From assembly GCA_030390025.1 (NCBI GenBank), contig CM059443.1, forward strand, positions 48,670,001 through 48,734,000: 64,000 bases of DNA, given 5' to 3'. Numbering within the stretch: position 1 is the stretch's first letter; the number at the start of each line of letters is the position of its first letter. This DNA comes from Squalus acanthias. Lineage: Eukaryota. Of the stretch, positions 22,301 to 34,900 are shown in pieces. The translations under genes were made by a program, and so were the position numbers. The notes under the pieces were generated by a model. The model ran no database searches, had not been told where the DNA came from, and saw only the letters and a list, made by a program, of their open reading frames with translations.

Positions 22301-22830
22301 TGCCCAGGTGCAATCCGTCCGGTTTGTACTGGTCCCACCTCCCCCAGAACCGGTTCCAATGTCCCAGGAATTTGAATCCCTCCCCCTTGCACCATTCCTC
22401 TAGCCACGTATTCATCTGAAATATCCTTCTATTTCTACTCTGACTAGCACGTGGCACTAGTAGCAATCTGGAGATTACTAACTTTGTGGTCCTATTTTTT
22501 AATTTACCTCCTAACTCCCTATATTCGGCTTTTAGGACCTCATCCCATTTTTTACCTATATCGTTGGTACCTATATGCACCACGACAACTGGCTGTTCAC
22601 CCTCCCCTTCCAAAATGTTCTGCAGCTGCTCTGAGACATCCTTGACCCTTGCACCAGGGAGGCAACACACCATCCTGGAGTCTCGTTTGCGGCCGCAGAA
22701 ACGCCTATCTATTCCCCTTACAATAGAATCCCCTATCACTATAGCTCTACCCCTCTTTTTCCTCCCGTCCTATGCAGCAGGGCCACCCCTGGTGCCAGGA
22801 AGTTGGCTGCTGCTGCCTTCCTCTGATAAG
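19326..22830 (-). mobile_element. CR1 LINE, ORF1 (GDS esterase) plus ORF2 (endonuclease, RT), frameshifted
   Basis: ORFs 22239-22739, 20592-21617 and 19543-20601; acatagaa tail. Confidence 0.92.
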
Positions 22831-24174
22831 CTCTGAGGTCATTGGCCTCAAAAAACCACAACCATCTTCCTTTGTGCCTTAAAATCCACTCCTTTGATCA
22901 AACTTTTGGTCACCCCTTCTATTATCTCCTTCTTTAGCTCAGACTCCAATTTTTCCTAACACCTCTCTATGGGGACATGTTGGGAACAGTTCAGTTTTTC
23001 CACCAGTTCCTCTTTGTCATCTTTTGTCTTGGGAAGTTTGAATGTGATAAATATATATCTAACTCGAGGTTTATTAGTTGCAGTTCTTCCACCCAAAGAA
23101 AAGTCCCACAAGCCTAGAAATATCTGAGAACTGTTACTGCAGATCACACAGTATAAATGCATCAAATTATTAACCAGCAGGAAAACTCAAAGACTGAATC
23201 CATTTGTATATCCGGCTGAATCTCACACCCACTTCGACACCAATAAGCTGTAAATAGCCAAGCCTTTTACACTTGCATCATTGCCCATCATCAGTTCGAA
23301 TTTCACAATCATCGCACACTTCCTGCCACTTTGTATGGAGGAGGTTTTAGTACTGAGTTCATTAGGATTCATTTCAATTCAGTACTTGTATGTGTGGTGT
23401 TCATGTTGTAAATAACACCCATTGTTCCAGAATTAGGTGCTGAAGTCAAGGGCTGGACAATGAGCCAAATGCCAGGGTTATGAGGGTAAATTCACTGACT
23501 CTATGCCCTCCCCGCACCCCGCCAGCAGTGAGCTCTGCTTGAAGGAGACACAATCTATCAGAGGGCCACAGTGCTAACCCCTGACCCCTGTTTGAGCATG
23601 GCTGCCCACAAGGAGTGTGGGATTGGTGAATCTAGCGTGAAAGTCCTTTTATCTTACTGAGCCATGCATTAAACATTTCCAACATTAAAATATAAACTTC
23701 TAATTTCAATGTAGTTACACTGTTTTATGCTTTGCAAAATACTGTTCAGAGATCGGAGGGGGCAGACAATTTGTACCAAACTTTCCCTTACACAATCATG
23801 AATTTCCACCTCAGCGTCCTCATAAATTGGGTTCCGCGTCCCCCTCCGACCCCTCTCCACAGCCCATTGCCCCCTCTCCACAGCCCATTCCCCCCACTCC
23901 CCCCACCCCACTCCCTCCTCCCACTTCCTTCTGAGTCTGATTGCAGTGTCCTCACTGAGAGCAGTTCATTCATTCAATTGGTTTGGCATAAAATTCCTGC
24001 TGGACAGATAACACAGCTCGTCGTTTAGTTATAATTTTTAAAGTGTTTATTGAATGACTTTCAATCGCACAAGTTCCATTTTGTGTCTCACACAGCAGCG
24101 ATGCGTTATTCTATCTAAACAGAGTCCAAGGGGGTGAAATTGCTCTTCGCCAGTAGCGTGAAATTCATGACGAA

Positions 24175-24370
24175 TCGATATTGGCCAGGACACTGGGGAG
24201 AACTCCCCTGCTCTTCTTCGAAATAGTGCCACGGGATCTTTTACATCACCTGAGAGAGCAGACGGGTCTCAGTTTAACGTCTCATCCGAAAGACGTCACC
24301 TCTGACAGTGCAGCACTCCCTCAGTACTGTACCGGAGTGTCAGCCTGGATGATGTGCTCAGGTCTCTGGA
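24175..24370 (-). mobile_element. Deu-domain SINE fragment in the copy 2 3' UTR (duplicate at 46135-46600, split by a ~265-bp insertion)
   Basis: cgtctcatccgaaagacg...cagtgcagcactccctcagtactg. Confidence 0.75.
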
Positions 24371-25716
24371 GTGCCATTCAAATTTCTGGATATGCATTCT
24401 CAGCTTGTCTGAGATTCCACAGCGCGAGCGTGAATCCGTCTACATGCTCCCACGTTTAGCATGGCTCCCTGTATTCTGCTCCAACAACGACACCAGTGTG
24501 ATTTTCTGTTTCCCACACCAGCCGTCGCTACAGCTTCCCCATCCCCCCACCCCCGCCCGACTCACACTGGGAATTGAGTGCTGTGCTGTGAGACCATGTG
24601 TGAGAACTGGGCTGGGCTGGACTGGGCCAAACACATTTCACGTTGCTATGCTGCAAGCAGTGGAGAGAGGAGACTGTTATGCAGGCATTCTGGACTGCAT
24701 TCAAAGCCAGATGCCAGAGAGAAAAAGTGAAAGGGTATCGTGCTAAAACTGGCGCCAGCTTAGCACGGACTGGCACTCTGACCCAGAGAGGTCACAAGGT
24801 CAGGTGGTGTGGGAAAAGTTGGCTCTGCACCAAACCCGTGCTGTACCAGACCTGGGCCTGCTCGACACTGACACTGGGGCTTAGAAATTGGCTCCGGGTG
24901 CAGCACACACCGCACACACCCAATGGGGCCGGCGGCAGGAACACGGTACATTGGACCCCCGGCCTCATTAGTTTATCAGTAGCAAGCTGCAGGCTCCAAT
25001 CATGGCCTCAGAGGCAGCTCACAGGAGGAGGGAGCAAGATTGGCCGACTGGGACCTGAGCTGATTCCGGGATTGGGTGGGGGGGACAGAGGGATGAGGCA
25101 AATGGGAGGGGGGCACGCGAGCGGTGTCTGGTAGTGGCTGACGGTTTTAATGTGGGGCTGGGAGGAGCACGCCTGCTCCCTCCTGATTCACATTCAGGTC
25201 AGGATTTGTTTTAAAACTTACTCTTTTGGTGGCGGCCTCCAGCGGTCTCTTTAAGGACCCCTGGTTAGGCCTGGTGAGGTCGCGTGGAGACCTGGTCACC
25301 CTGAATTCAGCAGGCCCAAGGCCGGCAGCGTTCAGGAAAAGCCAGTCTCCGGCTTGGGTCCTAGAACAAGCGGTAGGCCCCTCATTAGCATATTCAAGGT
25401 GCCTAACGCCTATTTCAGGCGATCGCCAGGGACGCCTCTACAGTGCCCGAACCAATAAGGCGTCAGACATATTTCTGACGCTATTCGGGCATGGAGGGTT
25501 GGCCCCCTAAATTGGACCTCTTTTGCACCCATTATCCACCCAGAAAAACGGTGCAACGATGTCCAATTAACCCCCAATCCGGGTGTCTGCAGTGGGAAAT
25601 TGCTCAATACCCAGTGCTGACCATGATGAGTGTAAAATATATGTATTTTTTAAATCTTGTACCACTATGAGTTTCAACAAGTTATCCGTTGCCTTTCTCC
25701 TGTTACTCGATTATGC

Positions 25717-25967
25717 TCAGGTTTCCTCCATTTTCGCATAAATAGGATTTTTTTCCATTTTTAACAGGCCAGGTCGTGGATCATCTTCCTCCAGCTGGGA
25801 CTGTGTCACCGCGTCTACCGGGCAGCCTATCAAAGAATAAATCTGCTCATTGGACAAAGCAACGGGATCCTCCTTACTGTCCTCTTTGGGCTGTGATTGG
25901 CCGCCTGGTTTGAGTTCAGTAGCTGAAGAGGTTTCAACCTGCCGTCCATGGTCCGTGTGGTCTCTGC
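25717..25967 (-). CDS. Copy 2 terminal cytoplasmic exon B (RDHTDHGRQ...EQIYSLI...NPIYAKMEET*)
   Basis: Acceptor ctctcttaatatctag and a 251-nt open frame to TGA. Same length and frame in copy 3, with synonymous differences. Absent from the ORF track. Confidence 0.8.
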
Positions 25968-28900
25968 CTAGATATTAAGAGAGGAGATCACGTTTGATGG
26001 GTTCACTTCCAGTGGGGGACAGATAATGAAAGTGGACTGTCTCATTATTTGAGATAAAGGTCCAGGAGCTTTAGAACAGACACAGTGTTGACTGAAAGGA
26101 TTATACTGAAAGATTGCAACGACTTACATTTTACTCCCTGGTTTTCAGTTTTGCCTCCATCACTAGGAAAACAGAAAAATAAACATGTGACTACTGAGTA
26201 ACATAAGATTCAAACAATATTAAACCATTGTAAGTGGAGACTAGGTGAGGTCACTTTCTTCCCAGGGCCTGGATTTGAGTCCAGCCCAGACTGAAATTCT
26301 CTCATTCATTTTCTCTCTCTCTGTCTCTCTCTCCCTCTGACTCTCTGATTGTCTCTCCGTCTCTCTTTCTCTCTGTCTCTTTCATTCTCTCTCTTTCACT
26401 GTCTCTCTCTGCCTGACTCTCTCTCTCTGTCTGTCTATCTCACTGTCTCTCTCACTGTCTCTGTCTCTCTCCATTCTCTCTGTCTCTCTGTCTGTGTCTT
26501 TTCCCTGTCTCTATGTCTGTCTCTCTCCCTGTCTCTGTCTGTCTATCTCACTTCTCTTTCGCTGTCTCCCTGTCTCTCTCCATTCTCTCTGCCTCTGTCT
26601 CAGTCTCTTTGTGTCTGTCATTCCCTCCCTGTCTCTATGTCTGTCTCACTATGTCNNNNNNNNNNNNNNNNNNNNNNNNNNNNNNNNNNNNNNNNNNNNN
26701 NNNNNNNNNNNNNNNNNNNNNNNNNNNNNNNNNNNNNNNNNNNNNNNNNNNNNNNNNNNNNNNNNNNNNNNNNNNNNNNNNNNNNNNNNNNNNNNNNNNN
26801 NNNNNNNNNNNNNNNNNNNNNNNNNNNNNNNNNNNNNNNNTTGTCTCCCTCTCTCTCTCTTTGTCTCTCTCACTGTCTTTGCTGTGTGAGCAGTCCTCTC
26901 TGCAATGAGTTTTCACAGTTTCAATCCAGTTCCTTGCCTAAAACTGCGCATCATTCAGTAAAATATTTGGACTAAATTGATCATTATGGTCAGATAAGCC
27001 AAAATATTGTCCTGAGAAAGTTTAATAAAAATAACTTCACACGGGCACAGTGAAAGGAGTTATTCTGATGTTGGGATAAAGGAGCACTATCAGGTCAGAG
27101 TTCAGAGTGCTTTACAAGGCCTCCAGCCATTCTATACCTGACTTAGAACTGTTCGGTTGTGAGATTGGCTGCACAGCCTGGAAATGTTTTATGCTGGGTG
27201 GTGGAATAGATTAGTACGGCCCTTTAATATTTTAGGATCTGCCAAGTCCAGATTACTAGGAATAAAAGTCCTCTTTCTATATCTCCCTGGTCTCTCTCTC
27301 TGTCTGTCTCTGTCGCAATCTCTGTCTGTCTCTGTCTCTTTGTCTTTCTCTGTCTCTTTCTCTCTAAGGGTCCTTGATGAAATGAATTTGGTCATCTCGA
27401 TCCAGTTTGTAGTTCGTGTGAGCCACAGTACAAAACTACCCCTAAGTTGGCACTTTCACTCAAACAGGCCATGAAGTGTGAGAAATGAAATGTCCGAGCT
27501 CCCTCCTGAGTTTGGAGTTGAGGAGCATTGTTGGGACAGTCCAGAGGGAGCTTTATGCTGCACCTAATCTGGAGTGCTCCAAATGTGACTGTGTGCCCAC
27601 AGTGGAAAAGTAACCCATTTGCCAGCATGGGCTCCCCTCACCTTCATTACATTAACAATCTCCGAACCCTCCGTCCCAAAACAAACCCGTGGTCAGTGTT
27701 GAACGCTGCCGGGGCCGACAGCTGTCACTCTGCTTACCCTTTGACCATTGACTCTTCGATCATAGAATCATAGAAGATAGGAGCAGGAGTAGGCCATTCG
27801 GCCCCTCTTAGCCTGCTCCGCCATTCAATGCGATCATGGCTGATCATCCAAATTCAGTACCCTGTCCCTGCTTTCTCCCCATATCCCTTTAGCCTTAAGA
27901 AATATATCGAACTCCTTCTTGAATATATTTAATGAATTGGCCTCTACTGCCTTCTGTGGCAGAGAATTCCACAGGTTCACCACTCTCTGGGTGAAGAAAT
28001 TCCTCTTCATTTCTTTCCTAAATGGCTTACCCCTTATCCTTAGACTGTGACCCCTGGTTCTGGACTCCCCGACCATCGGGAACATCCTTCCTGCATCTAG
28101 TTTGTCCTGTCCTGTCAGAATTTTATAAGTTTCAATGAGATCCCCTCTCATTCTTCTAAACTCCAGCGAGTATAAGTCCAATTGACCCAATCTCTCTTCA
28201 TACGTCATTCCTGCCATCCCAGGTATCAGCCTTGTGAATCTTCGCTGAACTTCTTCCACGGCAAGAACATCCTTCCTCAGATAAGGCAACCAAAACTGCA
28301 CACAGTACTCAAGGTGTCGTCTCACCAAGGCCCTGTACAACTGCAGCAAGACATCCTTGTTCCTGTACTCAAACCCTCTCGCTATGAAGGCCAACATACC
28401 ATTTGCCTTCTTAACCGCCTGCTGCACCTGCATGCTTACCTTCAGCGACTGGTGCACAAGGACACCCAGGTCTCGTTGCACTTCCTCTTCTCCCAATCTA
28501 TTGCCATTCAGATAATAATCTGCCTTTCTGTTTTTGACACCAAAGTGGATAACCTCGCATTTATCCACGTTCTATTGCATCTGCCACGCTTCTGCCCAAT
28601 CACCCAACCTGTCCAAATCATCCTGGAGTTTCTCGGCATCCTCCTCACAGCACACACGCCCACCCAGTTTTGTGTCGTCTGCAAACTTGGAGATATTACA
28701 TCTAGTTCCCTTGTCTAGATCATTAATATATATTGTGAATAGCTGGGGTCCAAGGACCAATCCCTGCGGTACCCCACTAATCACTGCCTGCCACTCGGAA
28801 AAAGACCCGTTTATTCCAACTCTTTGCTTTCTGTCTGCCAACCAGTTCTCTATCCAAGTCAATACCTTGCCCCCAATCCCATGTGCCTTAACTTTACACG

Positions 28901-31900
28901 CTAATCTCTTATGCGGGACCTTATCAAAAGCCTTTTGGAAGTCCAAATACACCACATCCACTGGTTCTCCCTTATCTATTTTACCAGTTACATCCTCAAA
29001 AAATTCCAGTCGATTAGTCAAGCATGATTTACCTTTTGTAAATCCATGTTGACTTTGTCCGATCCTGTCACTGTTTTCAAGTGCTCAGCTATTACATCTT
29101 TTACATCTTGAATAATGGACTCTAGCATTTTCCCCACTACCGATGTCTGTAATTCCCTGTTTTCTCTCTACCACCCTTTTTGAATAGTGGGGTAACATTA
29201 GCTACCCTCCAATCCATGGGTACTGTTCCAGATTCCATCGAATGTTTGAAGATGATCAGCAATGCATCTACTATTTCTAGGGCCACTTCCTTAAGTACCC
29301 TAGGATGTAGATTATCAGGCCCTGGGGATTTATCGGCCTTCAATCCCTTCAATTTCCCTAACACCATTTCCCTACAAATACTGATTTCTTTCAGTTCCTC
29401 CCTTTCATCAGACCCTATGTTCCCCAACATCTCTGGGAGGTTATTTGTGTCCTCCTTTGTGAAGACAGAACCAAATTATGTATTTAATTGGTCTGACATT
29501 TCTTTGTTCCCCATTATAAGTTCCCCTGATTCTGACTGCAAGGGACCTACGCTTGACTTCACCAATCTTTTCCTCTTCACATATCTATAAAAGCTTTTAC
29601 AGTCAGTTTTTATGTTCCCTGTAAGCTTACTCTCATATTCTATTTTCCCCTTCTTAATTAATCCCTTTGTCCTCCTTTGTTGAATCTTAAACTGCTCCCA
29701 ATCCTCAGGGTTACTGCTTTTTCTGGCCAATTTATATGCCCTCTCCTTGGATCTTATCCTATCCCTAATTTCCCTTGTTAGCCACAGTTGAGTCACCCTT
29801 TTTGTTTTATTCTTATGCCAAACTGGGATGAACAAATTCTGTAGTTCGTCCATGCGGTCTTTGAATGTTTGCCATTGCCTATCCACCGTCAACCCTTTGA
29901 GTGACATTCCCCAATCAATCCTACCCAACTCACACCTCATACCATCGTAGTTTCCTTTATTTAAATTCAGGACCCTAGTCTCTGAGTCAACTACTTCACT
30001 CTCCATCCTAATGAAGAATTCTATCATATTATGATCGCTCTGACCCAAGGGGCCTCACACAACAAGATTGCTAATTAATCCTTTCTCATTGCATAATACC
30101 CAGTCTAAGATGGCCTGATCTCTGGTTGGTTCCTCGACATATTGGTCCAGGAAACCATCCCGTAAACACTCCAGGAATTCCTCCTCCATAGTATTGTTAC
30201 TAATTTGGTTAGCCCAATCTATATGTAGATTAAAGTCACCCATGATGACTGCTGTGCCATTATTGCACGCTTCTCTAATTTCCCTTTTAATGCCATCCCC
30301 AACCTCCGCATTACTGTTTGGAGGTCTTTTTATCACTCCCACTAACGTTTTCTGCCCCTTGTTATTTCTCAGTTCAACTCATACAGATTCCACATCATCA
30401 GAGCTAATATCCTTCCTTTCAATTGTGTTAATCCCCTCTTTAACCAGCAATGCTACCCCACCTCCCTTTCCTTTTTGCCTGTCTTTCCTGAATATTGAGT
30501 ACCCTGGATGTTGAGTTCCCAGCCTTGGCCACCCTGGAGCCATGTTTCGGTAATCCCAATCAAATCATATTCGTTTACCTGTATTTGCGCAGCTAATTCA
30601 TCCACCTTGTTCCGAATGCTCCTTGCATTAAGACACAAAGCCTTCAGGCTTGTTTTTTTAACGCTCTTAGACCTATTAGAATTAGTATTTACTGTGGCCA
30701 TGTTTGATTTAACACATTGCTTTCTCTGACTGCCACTTTTGTTTTTCTCCTTCCTATCTTTTGCTTTTATCCTTGTTTCCCTTTCCTCTGTCTCCCTGCT
30801 CAGGTTCCCAACCCCCTGCCATTTTAGTTTAAACCCCCTCCCAGAGCATGAGCAAACACTCCCCCTAGGACATCGGTCCCGGCCCTGCCCAGGTGTAGAC
30901 CGTCCGGTTTGTACTGGTCCCACCTCCCCCAGAACCAGTTCCAATGCCCCAGGAATTTGAATCCCTCCCCCTTGCACCATTCCTCTAGCCACGTATTCAT
31001 TTGAAATATCCTTCTATTTCTACTCTGACTAGCACGTGGCACTGGTAGCAATCCTGAGATTACTACCTTTGAGTTCCTATTTTTTAATTTACCTCCTAAC
31101 TCCCTATATTCTGCTTTTAGGACCTCATCCCGTTTTTTACCTATATCGTTGTTACCTATGTGCACCACGACAATTGGCTGTTCAGCCGCCCCTTCCAAAA
31201 TGCTCTGTAGCCACTCTGAGACACACTTGACCCTTGCACCAGGGAGGCAACATACCATCCTGGAGTCTCGTTTGCGGCTGCAGAAACGCCTATCTATTCC
31301 CCTTACAATAGAATCCCCTATCACTATAGCTCTCCCACTCTTTTTCCTCCCATCCTGTGCAGCAGAACCACCTACGGTGCTAGGAAGTTGGCTGCTGCTG
31401 TCTTCCCCTGATAAGCCATCTCCCTCAACAATATCCAAAGCGGTATATCTGTTTGAGAGGGGGATGGCCACAGGGGACCCCTGCACTACCTGCCTGCGCC
31501 TATTACTCTGCCTGGTGGTCACCCATTCCCTTCCAAACAGTACACATGCTCTGTAGAGTCAGGCTTTGGGCCAGTGCTCTCCATTCCTTCACCAGGCCTT
31601 GGCTGGCTCGATGGCGTTGGAACTCTCGTCACCGAGTACGCAACATGGTCGTTGTCATCGCTCTGATCCCTTCTGGGAACCACAGAGTACGGGAAACCTA
31701 GACAGAAGGACGAGTAGACGATGTGTGCTTTTAGTTTCAACTCTCAAAGGGACAGGCTCGGAAGAGCTGGGCAGTAATTCTAGTCACTTACATTCAGCCA
31801 CCTGTGTCAGCTGCACATCACCAGCCCTACAGTTAGTAAAGAAAAGCAACCTGTAAATGTTCCATGAAATGAGGAAAACTATACAGAAAGTCTGCCCGAA

Positions 31901-34900
31901 AACTGAACGAATCCCATCCCGACCTGGGTCCTGGTGCTGAGGATCCTTCACAACACATGCCATAAGATTGGAAAGGTAAATTTAAAAATCTTTGTAAGGA
32001 GTCTGCACTTCCAATTTTCTAGATTTAGAGCAAACATTTTAAAGCTCTTGCTTACCTTTGGCAGCTTGTCGTTTCCTTCGGATTATGCAAAGTGCCCCAA
32101 CAATGCAAAGTACCCCAACAATGCAAATGATTACAACCGCACACGCTATGGTTACTTTAACAGGTGTGGCAATGACTGGACCTGCAGAGGAGAAGCAACA
32201 TTAAATTCAGTCTGTGCAATCCCGTGTTATATGTACAGCTGATCACACTGGTTACCTGGGCTGAGGAACAGACATTTCCGGTTAGAATCTGGAATAGTGC
32301 AATGGCGAGGGAAGTAAATCAAAGCAACTTATAACGGCTGCAAACTGTACGACTGATCTGGAAACTCTCAGTTTGAATTATTGATATTAAATGATTCACA
32401 TCATATTCTAGATTGTATCACTTACTTTGAGTATTTGTACAAGTAAAGCTGCTGGTCACTGAGGAGATTCCAGATGTTGAGGTGGGGGTGTCTGAAGTCT
32501 CTGCACTCGCCTCTGTCACAGTAAGGGAGATGTTTGCTGCAATCTTCCAGACAGGTTTCCTTGAATCCTGACCGCGGACAGCACAGAGATACCTCCCAGT
32601 GTCCACCACATCCGCTGAGTGAATAGTAAGGTTGTGAGACTGGCGTCTTGCAGTAAGATTGTCTGAGCTTTGGGCAGAGATTCTTTGTGACGACTTTCTG
32701 TCCACACAGCAGCGTGTGTTAGAATGTGCCTCATAATCCTCAATGTGAACAGAGTGCAGACACTTGTTGATGTTTCCAGATCTGATCCAAAACAGAGTGA
32801 AAGCGAGGTTTTTTGTATTCTCAAACTGGCAGGGTAAAGTCACATTTTCTCCCTTTGACACTGTCAGCGACCAGGAGTTTTCTTCAGTAGAAAATATTTC
32901 ATCCGAATCAATAAACAACATTGAAAAGAACATTTGTTACTAATTATTTAGAAGTGCTGTTCCCACATGTTATCCAGCTGTTTGATGTAAGTGTGAGTCT
33001 GTCTGTAACTAGCTGTATTATCAGCAGTGGAGACAGCAGGCGTGGGCCAGGGCCAAATCCTTGTTTGGAATATTTGTCTGATTTTCCCACCGTTAGATTA
33101 AACATTCCCCAGCTAGAGGCAGATTGTGTAAGATCAGGAAACACTCGGGGACTGAGAGCAAGGAGCGAGAAGACAGGACAAATAATGAAAGATCGAACAC
33201 ACAAAGGCAAAAGACAGGGGCAGACACTAAAGGACAGAGACAAGGGGGGGGGGGGGGGAAGACTTCAAACTCGCTTCTCTGTATCTCGATACCTGGGAAT
33301 TTTATCCCCCCCACCCCCCCAGATACTTCCCCGATCCCTCCCCCGATATTGCCCCAGTACACGTACCACTCTGGATTATCACAAAGAACAAGTCGTGGTT
33401 TTCACATCCCTCTCCTGACAGTGTGAGCCAGGACGGACACTTCGATGATCCTCCTTCTGTGGAATCCTGAGCCGAGCAGGTAAATACCGTCGAGTTAAAC
33501 GTCTTCACATCGAATGTCAGAGACTGAGACTCCGTTTGTTCTTCATTTAATTTGCATTTTCTGCACTCTGGCTTACTGTTTGTCCAATTAGGACTGATAT
33601 TTTCACAAAATTGCATTTCCTTCTCTTTATTCTCACATGTATTGTCAATTTCTGCTCCGAGATCAGTGAAGCTGCACAAGGTGACTTCATCCCCAGCACC
33701 AGTGGTCACGTTGCACTGCAGAATGGTGACATCTCCTGGTCCTCGGGAGAAGAGATAAGTGGATCCTGCAGGGAAAGGGCAGAATCGGATAGAGTTAAAT
33801 AACATTCCACACAGGAAAGATCATTAAACACTCAATCTGACACAAGCCTCTCACAGTAAATGAGCCTAGTGAGACCCCCACCACCCCCTTTACACATTGT
33901 GATAGACTGCCCTCCCATTACACAGTCTGAATCGAGTCCACACCACCCCCTCTCCCTGCCTCCATCACACAGGCCTGGACAGAGATCCCACCCCCACCAT
34001 AACACATTTTGATCGAGACCTCACCCCCCATCCCCTTCATAGCCTGAATAGAGACCCCCCCACCCTTTCACTGAGCCTGACTACAGTCATACATAGTACA
34101 TAGGTTGAGGTTATTGGAAGTCAATCATCTCAGCTCCAGGACATCGCTGCAGGAGTTCCTCAGGGCAGTGTCCAAGGCCCAACCATCTTCAGCTGCTTCA
34201 TCAATGACCTTCCCTCCATCATGAGGTGACACGTGGGACTGTTCACTGATGATTGCACAGTGTTCTGCTCCATTTCCAATTCCTCAGATAATGAAGCAGT
34301 CCGTGCCTGCATGCAGCAAGACCTGGACAACATCCAGGCTTGGGCTGATAAGTGATAAGTAACAGTCACACCACATAATGACCATCTCCAACAAGAGAGA
34401 GCCTAACCACCTGCCCTTGACATTTGATGGCATTACCATCATCGACTCTCCCACCATTAACATCCCGGGGTCACCATTGACCAGAGACTTAGCTGCAGGA
34501 ACCACATTACTACTGTGGATACTAGGGCAGGTCAGAGGCTGGGTAGTCTGCGGCAAGTGGCTCACCTGACTCCCCAAAGCCTTTCCACCACCTATAAGGC
34601 ACATGTCAGGAGAGTGATGAAATGCTCTCCACTTACGTGGATGAGTGCAGCTCCAAAAACACTCAGGAAACTCAACACCATCCAGGACAAAGCAGTCCAC
34701 TTGATCGGCTCCCTATCCGTCCCCTTAAACATTCACTCCCTCCACCACTGGCACACCATGGCTGCAGTGTGTACCATCTACATGATAGTACCTCGCCAAG
34801 GCTTTTACGGCAGTATCTCCCAAACCCCCGACCTTCACCACCTATAAGGACAAGGGCAGCAGGTGCTTGGGAACACCATCACCTCCAAGTTTCCTTAAAA

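Noticed and set aside
22239-22739. GDSL/SGNH esterase ORFs (also 17535, 30824, 39162, 44414) as host lipase genes
   Set aside because: Known ORF1 domain of CR1 LINEs, directly upstream of ORF2.
24354-25607. Medium ORFs on both strands (and duplicates at 46553-47831)
   Set aside because: They lie between the stop codon and poly(A) signal (predicted 3' UTR), show no domain, and have frame-changing indels between duplicates.
26349-26975. Ser/Leu-rich ORFs spanning the N gaps
   Set aside because: Translation of TC microsatellite and Ns.
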